From: a virus
DNA: 64,000 bases
Strand: one strand, 5' to 3'
IMG/VR virus record: IMGVR_UViG_3300020473_002209
Span: 62,621-126,620 of that record
The first letter of the stretch is position 1. Each line of letters begins with the position of its first letter. Below, one piece after another: positions 9,560-19,253 of this stretch. The position numbers were made by a program, and so were the translations under genes. Below the pieces are notes generated by a model, which was given only the letters and a program-made list of their open reading frames with translations, was not told the origin of the DNA and made no database searches.

Positions 9560-10474
9560 ATGGCAATCGATAAAGTATTCTACAACAAAAGCTCTGCTGA
9601 TTCTCTTGGGTGGACGCCTGAATGGTTCGGTGTAAAATATCATGATGAAAAACTTGTCAGTGCGATTCGTAAATGGCAAAGGGCACACGGCATAACTGCT
9701 GATGGTCTTTGTGGTCCCGCGACGTATCGACGCGTATGGACAGAGAGAGAAGCAGACATAAGCGATTACATCAACAAGTGCCCTAAAGATCGTGATGACA
9801 GCTTTATTATTTGTAATAGCCAGCCTGTTGAGATTAATTGGCCTCGTGTTGTTTTGTGGGATGATAAAGACGGGTTTAAGTCTGACCCGGGTACCTATTA
9901 CGACTACTCTGGTAAAGAAGATCGCGATGTGAAAATGTTCGTCAATCACTGGGACGTATGTCTCAGCTCTGAGTCTTGTGCGAAAGTCCTGAATCGTCGT
10001 GGGATCTCGGTACATTTTTTGATTGATAATGATGGTACAATATACCAAATGTTAGATACTCAACATGGTGCATGGCACGCTGGGTCTGTAAACGCCTGCT
10101 CTGTTGGTGTTGAAATTGCCAATGCGTACTATACAAAATATCAGTCTTGGTATACTAAGAATGGTTTTGGGGAGCGTCCTGTGGTTGAGAATGCTGAATG
10201 TCATGGCAAGAAAATAGATCCGTTTCTTGGATTTTATCCAGTACAACTTGAAGCTTTGAAGGCGTTATGGCTAGCTGTCCATGAGCGCTATGGCGTGCCG
10301 CTGGAGGCACCGGAATCTGGTGATGACGATTTCATGACGAGCAGAAAATATGAATCAGATGTTGATCGAAAAAGATTTAGCGGATTTGTTAGCCATTACC
10401 ACCAAAGCAAGCGAAAAATCGATTGTGCGAATTTAGATATCGCAAGAATGCTCGAAGAGCTTAAGGAGAATTAA
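9560..10474 (+). CDS. Endolysin: peptidoglycan-binding domain + N-acetylmuramoyl-L-alanine amidase
   Basis: WQRAHGITADGLCGPAT; NHWD, SVHFLIDNDGTIYQ, AWHAG, SVGVE, H...KIDC. Confidence 0.85.
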   Translation: MAIDKVFYNKSSADSLGWTPEWFGVKYHDEKLVSAIRKWQRAHGITADGLCGPATYRRVWTEREADISDYINKCPKDRDDSFIICNSQPVEINWPRVVLWDDKDGFKSDPGTYYDYSGKEDRDVKMFVNHWDVCLSSESCAKVLNRRGISVHFLIDNDGTIYQMLDTQHGAWHAGSVNACSVGVEIANAYYTKYQSWYTKNGFGERPVVENAECHGKKIDPFLGFYPVQLEALKALWLAVHERYGVPLEAPESGDDDFMTSRKYESDVDRKRFSGFVSHYHQSKRKIDCANLDIARMLEELKEN

Positions 10475-11485
10475 ATGCTGGTTCATCTAGACTACATTTG
10501 GGTTGACGGCTTTGAAAACCCGTCAATCAGATCAAAAACTAAAACGGCAGTACTGCAGGTCGATGAAAACGGTGAAGTGCAGCTAGACGTTCCAGAATGG
10601 AATTTTGATGGTTCATCAACTGGTCAGGCTGACACAGGCGACTCTGAAAGAATTCTTAAGCCACAATCGATGTATCAGATTGCAGATAATCATTATGTCG
10701 CGCTATGTGAAGTGTGTATGCCGGATGAAGACAGGACCCCCCACCCCTCAAACTATAGAGCAAAATTAAGGGAAGCAGTGAGAGAAACAGAGGGCGCAAA
10801 AGAAATGTGGGTTGGTTTCGAGCAAGAGTATTTTATCACCGCAGCTGGTAAGAATGTATTTTGGCCAGACTCTGGTGAGCCAGTTAAGGATTCTAGATAC
10901 TATTGCTCTTCAGGTGGTAGCGTTAAGTTCAGAAAAATGGTCAGAGAACACGCTTCATTCTGTAATCAAGTGGGCATTAGGGTTGTGGGTTACAATGCAG
11001 AGGTTTCCCCAGGACAGTGGGAGTATCAGTGCTTTGCTGAAAATCCGCTCACCGCCGCAGACTCATTGTGGGTTAGCCGATATATCTTGGAGCTAATGAC
11101 TGAAGACCTTGAGCTTGGTATAGACTGGCACCCCAAGCCTCACCCCGGGTGGAACGGGTCGGGCTGTCACACTAATTTTTCTACAAAAAAGATGCGGGAA
11201 GAAGGTGGTAAAGAAGAATTCCAGCGTATTATTTCTAACATGGAAGCTCGCCATAACGAATCAATATCAGAGTACGGTGAAGATAATTCCTTACGCTTGA
11301 CGGGTGGGTTTGAGACAGCTTCATTAAACCAATTTTCATACGGTGTTGCTTCACGTGACACTTCTGTAAGAATACCAAACCGTGTTGTAGAGCAAGAATG
11401 GAAGGGCTATCTTGAGGATCGTCGTCCTTCGTCAGGGTGTGACCCTTACAGGGTCGCTTTACAACTTTGCAAGTTTGTACAATAA
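10475..11485 (+). CDS. glnII: Glutamine synthetase type II
   Basis: YIWVDG, RSKTK, WNFDGSSTGQA, FEQEY, NAEV.PGQWEYQ, WNGSGCHTNFST, RLTG..ET, YLEDRRP. Confidence 0.92.
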   Translation: MLVHLDYIWVDGFENPSIRSKTKTAVLQVDENGEVQLDVPEWNFDGSSTGQADTGDSERILKPQSMYQIADNHYVALCEVCMPDEDRTPHPSNYRAKLREAVRETEGAKEMWVGFEQEYFITAAGKNVFWPDSGEPVKDSRYYCSSGGSVKFRKMVREHASFCNQVGIRVVGYNAEVSPGQWEYQCFAENPLTAADSLWVSRYILELMTEDLELGIDWHPKPHPGWNGSGCHTNFSTKKMREEGGKEEFQRIISNMEARHNESISEYGEDNSLRLTGGFETASLNQFSYGVASRDTSVRIPNRVVEQEWKGYLEDRRPSSGCDPYRVALQLCKFVQ

Positions 11486-11491
11486 ATACAA

Positions 11492-11923
11492 ATGATGCAG
11501 CTTATTTCGACACATATATGTAAGGGACAGAACATTGGTGTCCACGGTAACCTCTTCGGTGGGGTTATGCTTTCTTGGCTAGATGAAGCAGCGGGAGCTT
11601 TTACAGCTCAAGTGTGCGGATCTCCGAGGCTTGTAACAAAGAGCATTTCACAGGTAGTGTTTCAAAGACCAGTTCGTCCAGGTCAGATAATAAAGATTTA
11701 TGGTGACGTGCTAAGAATCGGGACGTGCTCTATCACTGTAAAATTAGAAGCTCGCCGGCATAGTGTCGTGAATGGCTCACAAAAGCTTGTATGTGATGTT
11801 GAGATGACATTTGTGAGAATTGATGGTGATGGTGAACCGGTACCAATTCTTAACATAAAGAAAGAGTACCAAGGCAAAAGAGAGAAGAGCGAAGAAGAAA
11901 TCAGAAAAGACATGGAGTACTGA
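11492..11923 (+). CDS. Hotdog-fold acyl-CoA thioesterase (YciA-like)
   Basis: HGNLFGG.MLSWLDEAA, F.RPV.PG, TFVRID. Confidence 0.85.
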   Translation: MMQLISTHICKGQNIGVHGNLFGGVMLSWLDEAAGAFTAQVCGSPRLVTKSISQVVFQRPVRPGQIIKIYGDVLRIGTCSITVKLEARRHSVVNGSQKLVCDVEMTFVRIDGDGEPVPILNIKKEYQGKREKSEEEIRKDMEY

Positions 11924-12631
11924 GTGAAAAGAATTGAGCTTTATAACGACGCCATCGGCGCCGTTGAGTATGTTGAACACATGGGGTCAGATTTGACAGT
12001 GATAAACAGCGCGAGGGTTTCATTCGGAAAAGTAAAGGAATCGCTAGATGAAAAAGATAAAAAGCTTATTCGCTACCTTATCAAGCACAGGCATACGTCG
12101 ACTCTTGAGCACAATGTTATTACTTTCCGGTTTACTGTACCTCTTTTTGTGCGCAGCCAGCATCACCGCCACAGAACTTGGTCTTATAATGAGATATCTA
12201 GAAGGTACACCGACGTAGACATTAGGTTTTATGAGCCGAAGAGTTTCAGGACCCAGCATAAGTCAAATCGACAAGCTTCGAACACCAACGAAATGATAGA
12301 CCCTGTACTGATTCCAGATCTATCAGATCCTGATGTTGGGTTAACAGCAGCGCATTGTATAGAACAACACCATAAGCTGTCTTTGCGCCTCTATAACGAC
12401 CTCATGAAGAACGGCGTTTGTCGAGAGCAGGCTCGTGGGGTATTACCTCAAAACCTCTATTCAGAGTACTATGGAACAGTCAACTTAAACAATCTACTTA
12501 AGTTTGTTGAGCTACGTGTCCATGAGGGCGCTCAGTGGGAAATACAGCAGGTGGCGAGAGCGTGCCTGGAAATTGCGAAAGAAATTTGGCCCGAAACTAT
12601 TTCTGCATATCGAGAACTTCGCGATATTTGA
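11924..12631 (+). CDS. thyX: FAD-dependent thymidylate synthase
   Basis: ARVSF, H.S.LEH, RHR.WSYNEISRRY, EQAR.VLP, AQWEI. Confidence 0.95.
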   Translation: MKRIELYNDAIGAVEYVEHMGSDLTVINSARVSFGKVKESLDEKDKKLIRYLIKHRHTSTLEHNVITFRFTVPLFVRSQHHRHRTWSYNEISRRYTDVDIRFYEPKSFRTQHKSNRQASNTNEMIDPVLIPDLSDPDVGLTAAHCIEQHHKLSLRLYNDLMKNGVCREQARGVLPQNLYSEYYGTVNLNNLLKFVELRVHEGAQWEIQQVARACLEIAKEIWPETISAYRELRDI

Positions 12632-12680
12632 ATATACTTAAGCTTTGTGGTTTAGTGTTTAATTACGTTTTGAGGTCCGT

Positions 12681-12929
12681 ATGGCAGATTGTGATACCAA
12701 AGAGTCTATCACGAAATTACGAAAGCTAAGAGAAGCTCTTTGCGAGAAGCAAACTGAGTGGAAAAGAGCGTTCGCTGTTAAAGACACGATCGTGAGTGAG
12801 CTTAAATCTTTAAAGGAATCTGCTCTCGATCCAGATGTTGGCAGAGATGATATTTTGCAAAAGATTGACTCTCTTCTCATTTTGATAGATCCAGACCGCC
12901 AAAAAGAGCTGGAGGATCAAAGTGGCTGA
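12681..12929 (+). CDS. Hypothetical coiled-coil protein
   Basis: ORF with GAGG RBS. Confidence 0.6.
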   Translation: MADCDTKESITKLRKLREALCEKQTEWKRAFAVKDTIVSELKSLKESALDPDVGRDDILQKIDSLLILIDPDRQKELEDQSG

Positions 12930-13242
12930 TGAAAACGGGTGGAGTGAGTACTCAAGGCTTGTACTCAAAGAATTAGAGACACTTGCTTCTAGCATTCAAT
13001 CTTTGAATGCAGAGATTCAAGATCTTAAGCAAGAAATCGCTAGAATGAGAGAGCGTGAAGACCGCGTTGACGAGCTTCGAGCGTGGAAAGAAAAAGTTGA
13101 CGAAGTCGCTTCCCCATCTCAGATGCAGGCGATGGTAAAAGATGTCGAAGACCTTAAGATGTTTAAGACAAAGGCAATCACAATATTTGCTGTTGTCCAG
13201 TTCGGCATGGCGTTCTTTGCTTGGGCAATGAAGTTCATGTAA
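12922..13242 (+). CDS. Coiled-coil protein with C-terminal membrane anchor
   Basis: Heptad pattern, hydrophobic AITIFAVVQFGMAFFAWAM end. Confidence 0.65.
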   Translation: MADENGWSEYSRLVLKELETLASSIQSLNAEIQDLKQEIARMREREDRVDELRAWKEKVDEVASPSQMQAMVKDVEDLKMFKTKAITIFAVVQFGMAFFAWAMKFM

Positions 13243-13270
13243 AAAGCACTGGAGACTGTTATCATATAAC

Positions 13271-13699
13271 ATGATGACATGGATCCCACCCGAGTCCCCA
13301 TACGACCTGCTGCAAGAGCGCTTCTGGCCAGATGAGTGGAAGCTTCTAATGGTTTGCCTTATGTTAAATCAGACATCAAGAAAGCAGGTTGAGCCAATGA
13401 TATCCGATTTCTTTGCTACATTTCCAACGCCTGAGTCTGTTGTTGATGCGGATGAAGAAATTCTTCGATCGTTCCTACAGCCTCTTGGACTAGTAAACCG
13501 TCGTATAAAAACTGTAAAGAAGTTTAGCGAAGAATTTGTCACAAAAGACTGGCAAACTGCAAAAGAGTTATACGGTTGTGGAAAATACGCTGATGATGCT
13601 TACCGTATTTTTATGCGCGGTGAGTGGGAGTCTGTTGAACCAACCGACCATGCGTTAAATGATTATCATAATTTTCTTGTACAGATTCATAATCGATGA
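13271..13699 (+). CDS. MBD4-like HhH-GPD DNA glycosylase
   Basis: SPY.LLQE, W.LL..C.MLNQT, PLGL..RR, LYGCGKYADDAY.IF, P.DHAL..Y match the MBD4 catalytic domain pattern. Confidence 0.85.
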   Translation: MMTWIPPESPYDLLQERFWPDEWKLLMVCLMLNQTSRKQVEPMISDFFATFPTPESVVDADEEILRSFLQPLGLVNRRIKTVKKFSEEFVTKDWQTAKELYGCGKYADDAYRIFMRGEWESVEPTDHALNDYHNFLVQIHNR

Positions 13700-13732
13700 A
13701 TATAATATGCTTTAGTTAAAGGGAGATAACAC

Positions 13733-14032
13733 ATGAGCTCTAACCAACCAACATACACAATGGATGACACAACAATCGGACATGTCGCCCAATTACTTCA
13801 GCTTGCAATTTTGACTGGTACTGATATTATCGATCATTTTCGGACTGCAAGGTTCACTACAAGTGATGAAGGCACGCTTACACTCCATCCAGACTATGCA
13901 GAAAATTTTGACGATAACGTACAGAAGATGCTAAGAGATGCTGCTGCTGAGGCGAAGCCCGAACCAGACACTAGAGAGTGGGGAACCACAGAAGTTTCTT
14001 TTTCTCTTAATCAGGATGGCCTCAAAGAATAA
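13733..14032 (+). CDS. Hypothetical protein
   Basis: ORF with GGGAG RBS and upstream TATAAT. Confidence 0.65.
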   Translation: MSSNQPTYTMDDTTIGHVAQLLQLAILTGTDIIDHFRTARFTTSDEGTLTLHPDYAENFDDNVQKMLRDAAAEAKPEPDTREWGTTEVSFSLNQDGLKE

Positions 14033-14406
14033 TGGACGACAAGCTTCAAAGAATATTCGCTTTACGTGAAGAATTTATGCAGAAGATAAACTCTACAGTC
14101 CCCGATGCATATCCATCGTGGCCTGTAGATTTGAGCAAGAAAAAGAACCAGAAAGCAATTCGTGAATTTGCGTTTCGTGGAATGGAAGAGTTGTTCGAAG
14201 CGCTTCTGCACTTGAAGAATTGGAAAGACCACAGAGAAGAAACATACGGCGTTCCAGAGTTTGATCGGGAAGAATTTTTAGAAGAAATGATTGATGCGTT
14301 CAATTATTTTCTTGCGATAATTGTGCTTTCTGGTGTAGACTATAAAGAGTTTTTCAACGCTTATGTAAGGAAACACGATATTATAACGGAGCGCTTAGAT
14401 GCATAG
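14032..14406 (+). CDS. All-alpha dimeric dUTPase/dCTPase (MazG superfamily)
   Basis: EELFEA..LKNWK.HR and EEMIDAFNY acidic helices. Confidence 0.75.
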   Translation: MDDKLQRIFALREEFMQKINSTVPDAYPSWPVDLSKKKNQKAIREFAFRGMEELFEALLHLKNWKDHREETYGVPEFDREEFLEEMIDAFNYFLAIIVLSGVDYKEFFNAYVRKHDIITERLDA

Positions 14407-14417
14407 TTATATGTACT

Positions 14418-15119
14418 ATGCAACATCCTTCAAGAATCACAAGAAAAAAGATAAGGCTTCTTCAGTCTGAGCTTCAGATGGTACAACAGTACCATTCTCA
14501 GATAGCAGACTTGCTTGAAGATTATAGGGAAGAATACTCTCGTGATTTAGAGTACTTTGTTAAAAAGGCGAAAGATGTTATTGGTGAATTAGAGACACCA
14601 CTGAACGAAAATCCAGACGAAAAACAATTTAAGATTACAAAAGACGATGCAGAGTTTAGAGAACAGAATGAAGAATGGTTTAATAAAGAGCCAGACTCTG
14701 CGAAGAAATCAGAAGCTCCTGAATGGGCCCGAAAGCTATTCAAGAAGATTGCTCTTATGACACATCCTGATAGAGTGAATGATGACCACCTGCGCAGCGT
14801 GCTACAAAAAAGCTTTATGCAGGCTTCAAAGGCACTAGAGACTGGTAAGTTCGATGATCTCGTTGGAGTTGCCATCGATCTAAAAATTGATGTAGGTCTT
14901 GACGATGCATCCCTGATCCCTCTATTAGAATCGAAGATTGAATCCTGTCGTGAAAGTATAAAACAAATCGAAACATCTCAAGAATGGATATGGGGTGAGT
15001 CTTTCGGTTTACCAGATGCTCGCCAAGCACTGCTACGTGGCATTCTTTCATCCCATGGATACACTCTTACACCAGAGCAGCTTATAGCGCTGATGTCTGA
15101 TTATGGTGACGAAATATGA
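14418..15119 (+). CDS. Protein with J-domain-like HPD segment
   Basis: KLFKKIALMTHPDR. Confidence 0.55.
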   Translation: MQHPSRITRKKIRLLQSELQMVQQYHSQIADLLEDYREEYSRDLEYFVKKAKDVIGELETPLNENPDEKQFKITKDDAEFREQNEEWFNKEPDSAKKSEAPEWARKLFKKIALMTHPDRVNDDHLRSVLQKSFMQASKALETGKFDDLVGVAIDLKIDVGLDDASLIPLLESKIESCRESIKQIETSQEWIWGESFGLPDARQALLRGILSSHGYTLTPEQLIALMSDYGDEI

Positions 15120-15304
15120 AGCCTGGCGATATCGCTGTCTTGATGGACGAACACGTGGGAGTTGATGATGAGTTTTATAGCTACGTCCTGCATCCGGGAG
15201 ACTCTGGTCTGGTTGTAGAGATAGAAGACGAAACAACAAGTCTTCTAATTTCAAATCAACTCGTATATGTTATGACTCGATCACTAGAGAAGTTAGAGGC
15301 TTAA
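15116..15304 (+). CDS. Small SH3/KOW-like protein
   Basis: MKPGDIAVL...GLVVEIE. Confidence 0.55.
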   Translation: MKPGDIAVLMDEHVGVDDEFYSYVLHPGDSGLVVEIEDETTSLLISNQLVYVMTRSLEKLEA

Positions 15305-15531
15305 TGTCGCCAGAGGTTCAAAAGATCATATTGCAAGCCGCTAGAATGGCAGGTGACGAATTGAAGGGAAAGTTACCACCACACCCAAGGCATCCAAAAG
15401 GTCGAAATTCTTATGCTCATATTTTTGAGAGGATCAAAAGCAAGATGGGCCGCAGCTATAAAGACTGTGAAGATTGGGAAGCTCCAAGAATTCTTGACCT
15501 TATAGAATATTATTCAAAAAACCCTTGCTAA
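15304..15531 (+). CDS. Hypothetical protein
   Basis: ORF, translationally coupled (TAATG). Confidence 0.65.
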   Translation: MSPEVQKIILQAARMAGDELKGKLPPHPRHPKGRNSYAHIFERIKSKMGRSYKDCEDWEAPRILDLIEYYSKNPC

Positions 15532-15535
15532 ATCG

Positions 15536-15564
15536 TTGAAAACAGCGGCTTTTTGTGGTATAAT
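15536..15564 (+). promoter_or_regulatory. Sigma70-type promoter (extended -10) for dnaE
   Basis: TTGAAA, 17 nt spacer ending TGG, TATAAT. Confidence 0.75.
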
Positions 15565-15588
15565 AGTATAATCAAACAGGAGCTCTTT

Positions 15589-18500
15589 ATGAGAAATTCG
15601 TCCCTTACTCCCCCTAGTAAGTTTATTTCCCTTCATTCACATGACGGGTTTAGTACGTTCGACGGCTTAGGTTATCCACAAGAACACATTGACTTTGTTA
15701 TTGAAAATGGTATGGATGGCTGGTGCCTTACGAACCATGGTCACATGAATTCTTTTGGGCATGCATTTCTACATGCAGAAAAAGTCCAAAAGCGTGGCGG
15801 GGTTTTTAAGTTTGTACCTGGCTGCGAAATGTACGTTCACCCTGATCTCGAGGCGTGGAAGCTTGATATGGAAATTCGCCAAGCTGCAAAGAAGGGGGAT
15901 AAAGATGCGCTTCATGTCTTGCGTGCTCAACGAGAAGCAATTGCCACACCCCTCACAGCAGTGGTCGATGGTGATGATGAGGTTGTTGATATTGGTAAGG
16001 AGGAAGCTGGTCTCACAATCGAGAATGAAGAAGAGACGAAGTCTTCTAAATTTTATGACCCAATTAAGCGTAGACATCATCTGGTGGTGCTGCCTAAAAC
16101 AAGCGTAGGCCTCCAACGCCTTTTTCATCTTGTGAGTAGAGGGTACAGGGAGGGATTCTATAGGTTCCCTCGTGTCGATTATAAGATGTTAAGAGAGGCT
16201 GCTGAGGGTGGTCACCTTATGGTCTCCACAGCATGTATCGGTGGTCCGATTGCGTATGAAGTATTTCGCCATGCTCAAAATGTGGAATTCGATGACTTGA
16301 GCTACAAGCTTATGGACGATCGATCATTTTATGAGAATGTCATGACAGGTGTTGGTAATGCGTACCAGGGTCTTGTCGATGCAGTGGGAATTAATGATGT
16401 CTGCTTGGAGCTGCAATTCAATAAGCTTCCTGCACAGCACCTTGTTAATCGAGCGATTATCGAATTTGCGAATGCAAACGGTCTACAGGATAAGCTGGTT
16501 GTAACTACCGATTCTCACTATGCTCGTCCTGAACACTGGCGTGAGCGTGAGCTTTATAAAAAGCTGGGGTGGCTCAACTATCGTGAGTTTGATCCCTCGA
16601 AGCTTCCTCAGTCGAAAGAAGACCTGAAGTGTGAGCTATACCCTAAAAATGCTCAACAGGTTTGGGATACATATCTTGAAAGTACAGAAGGCATGCCGTT
16701 TTACGATGACCAGATTGTAAAAGATGCCATTGAGCGACCACACCAAGTTGTTCATGAAGAGATGGAGACTATCACTCCGGATCGTACTATGAAGCTTCCA
16801 TCTTACGTCGTTCCCGAAGGAATGTCTGATGATAAGGCGCTACTTGAAGCATGTAAGAAGGGTCTTGTAGAGCGAGGTCTTGCAGGGGACCCTAAGTACA
16901 TCGAGCGAATAAAGCACGAACTACAGATTATTAAGGATAAGAATTTCTCTCGATACTTCTTAACAATGGAAGCGATCATTGGGATTGCTAAGCAGGCGAT
17001 GCTTGTCGGTCCGGGTCGTGGTTCTGCAGCTGGCAGTCTTGTTGCTTATGTTCTTAAATTGACAGATGTTGATCCATTCGAATATGATCTTATGTTCGGT
17101 CGTTTTTTGAATCCATCTCGTGAAGGTGCCCCAGATATCGATACCGACGTAGGAGATCGAGACCTGCTTATCAACATGATGAAGGAGAAGTGGGGCGATG
17201 AGAACATCGTACCGATTTCTAACTACAACACATTCAAGTTGAAGTCTTTGGTAAAAGACATTTCTAGATTTTATGGCATTCCATTCAACGAAGTAAATAA
17301 AGCGCTAGCACCCGTTGAGGAAGACGTGAAGCGTGCGGTGTTTAAGCAAGGTACAGATAAGAACCTTTTCGTCTTGCTTTACGAAGATGCGCTTGCTCAT
17401 TCAAAGACGTTTAGAGCATTTATCGAAAAGTACCCAGAAGTCGCCGCACCAATTCAGGTCTTGTTTAAGCAGAACAAAGCTCTTGGTCGCCATGCTGGGG
17501 GTTGTATTGTCGCAGAGGATATAGCTGAAAGAATGCCACTCATCAAGGCTCGTGGTGAGCTCCAGACCCCCTGGGCTGAAGGCATGAACTATAAGCATCT
17601 TGAGACATTCGGCTGGATTAAGTTCGATCTTCTTGGCCTTGAAACGCTTCGAATTATCCAGCGGACCATCGAGCTCATCCTACAGCGAAAGGAGGGTATC
17701 GAAGACCCAACGTTTGCTCAGGTGTATGAATGGTTTAACGCCAACATGGATCCGAAAGTTCTTGACATGGACGACCAGCATGTATACGATCACGTTTATG
17801 GAAAGGGCCGCTGGGCTGGCATCTTTCAGCTGGCAGGCCGCGGCGCTCAGAACTTGTTCAAAAAGGCGAAGCCTAAGAGCATCATTGATATTGCTACCCT
17901 AACTTCTATCTACCGACCTGGCCCTCTCACTGCGAAGGTCGATAGGTTGTATATCAAGGCGAAGAACAATCCTGATGATATTGATTATGGCCACCCGCTA
18001 ATCAAGGAGGTTCTTGAAGAAACGTACGGCCTGATTGTCTTCCAGGAGCAGATCATGAAGTTGTGTTCCGTGGTTGCTGGCTTCCCCGAGGAGGAAACAG
18101 ACACTGTGCGCCGAAGCATTATGAAGCGCAAAGCTTCTGAGGCTGCTGAGTCCCTTGCTAAGGCTCGATCTATTAAGGAACAGTTTGTCGCAGGCTCAGT
18201 TAAGAACGGTGTCGACCGCCAGCTGGCTGATGATCTTTACGAAAAGATTCTTTTCTTTGCTGGATACGGCTTCAATAAGTCTCACGCTGTTTGTTACGCC
18301 ATTGACTCGTATTACTGCGCATGGCTATTAACATATTTTGAGGAAGAGTGGTTGTGCGCTTATCTTGAAGCAATGTCAGGTAATGACAAGAAGCGTGCCA
18401 AAGCGTTCGCAGAAGTCAAGGCGCTGGGCTATCGCGTTGCCCCGCTAGACATCAACTACGCAACTAAGAAGTGGACAATTCTTGAGGGTAAGAAATTCAT

Positions 18501-19209
18501 GCCCTCACTGCTGTCATGTAAGGGTATTGGTGAGTCTGCGATTGATGAGCTTGTTGCTAATCGGCCGTACCAAACTGTGGATGATCTCTTGTGGACTGAC
18601 GAGGGCAAGTGGAAGCACTCTAAGTTTAACAAGCGGGCCCTCGAGGCTTTAATCAATATTCGCGGTTTTGAGTCAATGGACATCGTTGGTCCTGGTAAGA
18701 CGTTTGAGAGTTATAAGCACATGCATGAAGTAGTGATAGGTCGCCAGAATGATATCAAGAAGTGGACTAAGCGTGATCCAGAACGCGGGAGGAATAATTT
18801 CAAAGAAGCCCTGCTTGAGACGCAAGGGACTGGCCACTGGTCACGCCGTGAGATGGTAGAGAATAGCGTAAAGCACTTTGGGTCGTTCAACGCCTCGACT
18901 CTTATCAGCGAAGAAGTACAAGAGCGGCTTGCTGCAAAAGATATCGCATGTATTGATGAGATTGATACCAGAGGTCATGACGTGTATTGGTTCCTCGTAT
19001 CTGATGTGAAGCCTAAGTTGACAAAGAACAAGAGGCCATATCTTCTGGTCACCGCAACAGGTCTAGAGGGTAAAAACTTCCGGATGTTTTGTTGGGGCTG
19101 GGATGGCGAGACAGAGCTTCCGCTGTACAGTCTTTGCTGCGCAGAGGTCAAGAAAAATGATTTCGGATATCAAACTTCTATGAGTAAAGTCAAGCTTCTT
19201 CGTATATGA
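15589..19209 (+). CDS. dnaE: DNA polymerase III alpha subunit (family C)
   Basis: PHP LHSH..FS.FDG, GPGRGSAAGSLVAY, RFLNPSR..PDIDTD, KFDLLGL, YRPGP, VFQEQIM, GYGFNKSHA. Confidence 0.96.
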   Translation: MRNSSLTPPSKFISLHSHDGFSTFDGLGYPQEHIDFVIENGMDGWCLTNHGHMNSFGHAFLHAEKVQKRGGVFKFVPGCEMYVHPDLEAWKLDMEIRQAAKKGDKDALHVLRAQREAIATPLTAVVDGDDEVVDIGKEEAGLTIENEEETKSSKFYDPIKRRHHLVVLPKTSVGLQRLFHLVSRGYREGFYRFPRVDYKMLREAAEGGHLMVSTACIGGPIAYEVFRHAQNVEFDDLSYKLMDDRSFYENVMTGVGNAYQGLVDAVGINDVCLELQFNKLPAQHLVNRAIIEFANANGLQDKLVVTTDSHYARPEHWRERELYKKLGWLNYREFDPSKLPQSKEDLKCELYPKNAQQVWDTYLESTEGMPFYDDQIVKDAIERPHQVVHEEMETITPDRTMKLPSYVVPEGMSDDKALLEACKKGLVERGLAGDPKYIERIKHELQIIKDKNFSRYFLTMEAIIGIAKQAMLVGPGRGSAAGSLVAYVLKLTDVDPFEYDLMFGRFLNPSREGAPDIDTDVGDRDLLINMMKEKWGDENIVPISNYNTFKLKSLVKDISRFYGIPFNEVNKALAPVEEDVKRAVFKQGTDKNLFVLLYEDALAHSKTFRAFIEKYPEVAAPIQVLFKQNKALGRHAGGCIVAEDIAERMPLIKARGELQTPWAEGMNYKHLETFGWIKFDLLGLETLRIIQRTIELILQRKEGIEDPTFAQVYEWFNANMDPKVLDMDDQHVYDHVYGKGRWAGIFQLAGRGAQNLFKKAKPKSIIDIATLTSIYRPGPLTAKVDRLYIKAKNNPDDIDYGHPLIKEVLEETYGLIVFQEQIMKLCSVVAGFPEEETDTVRRSIMKRKASEAAESLAKARSIKEQFVAGSVKNGVDRQLADDLYEKILFFAGYGFNKSHAVCYAIDSYYCAWLLTYFEEEWLCAYLEAMSGNDKKRAKAFAEVKALGYRVAPLDINYATKKWTILEGKKFMPSLLSCKGIGESAIDELVANRPYQTVDDLLWTDEGKWKHSKFNKRALEALINIRGFESMDIVGPGKTFESYKHMHEVVIGRQNDIKKWTKRDPERGRNNFKEALLETQGTGHWSRREMVENSVKHFGSFNASTLISEEVQERLAAKDIACIDEIDTRGHDVYWFLVSDVKPKLTKNKRPYLLVTATGLEGKNFRMFCWGWDGETELPLYSLCCAEVKKNDFGYQTSMSKVKLLRI

Positions 19210-19253
19210 TTAGCTTGGCACAAATCTACAGCTATTAACTAGTGGAGTAAAAA

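Noticed and set aside
9410-10048. 212-aa minus-strand ORF and other antisense ORFs
   Set aside because: Shadows of well-supported plus-strand genes, with no motifs.
6420-19209. Inteins or introns in nrdJ and dnaE
   Set aside because: ORFs are continuous; no C...HN splice motifs or homing endonuclease motifs seen.
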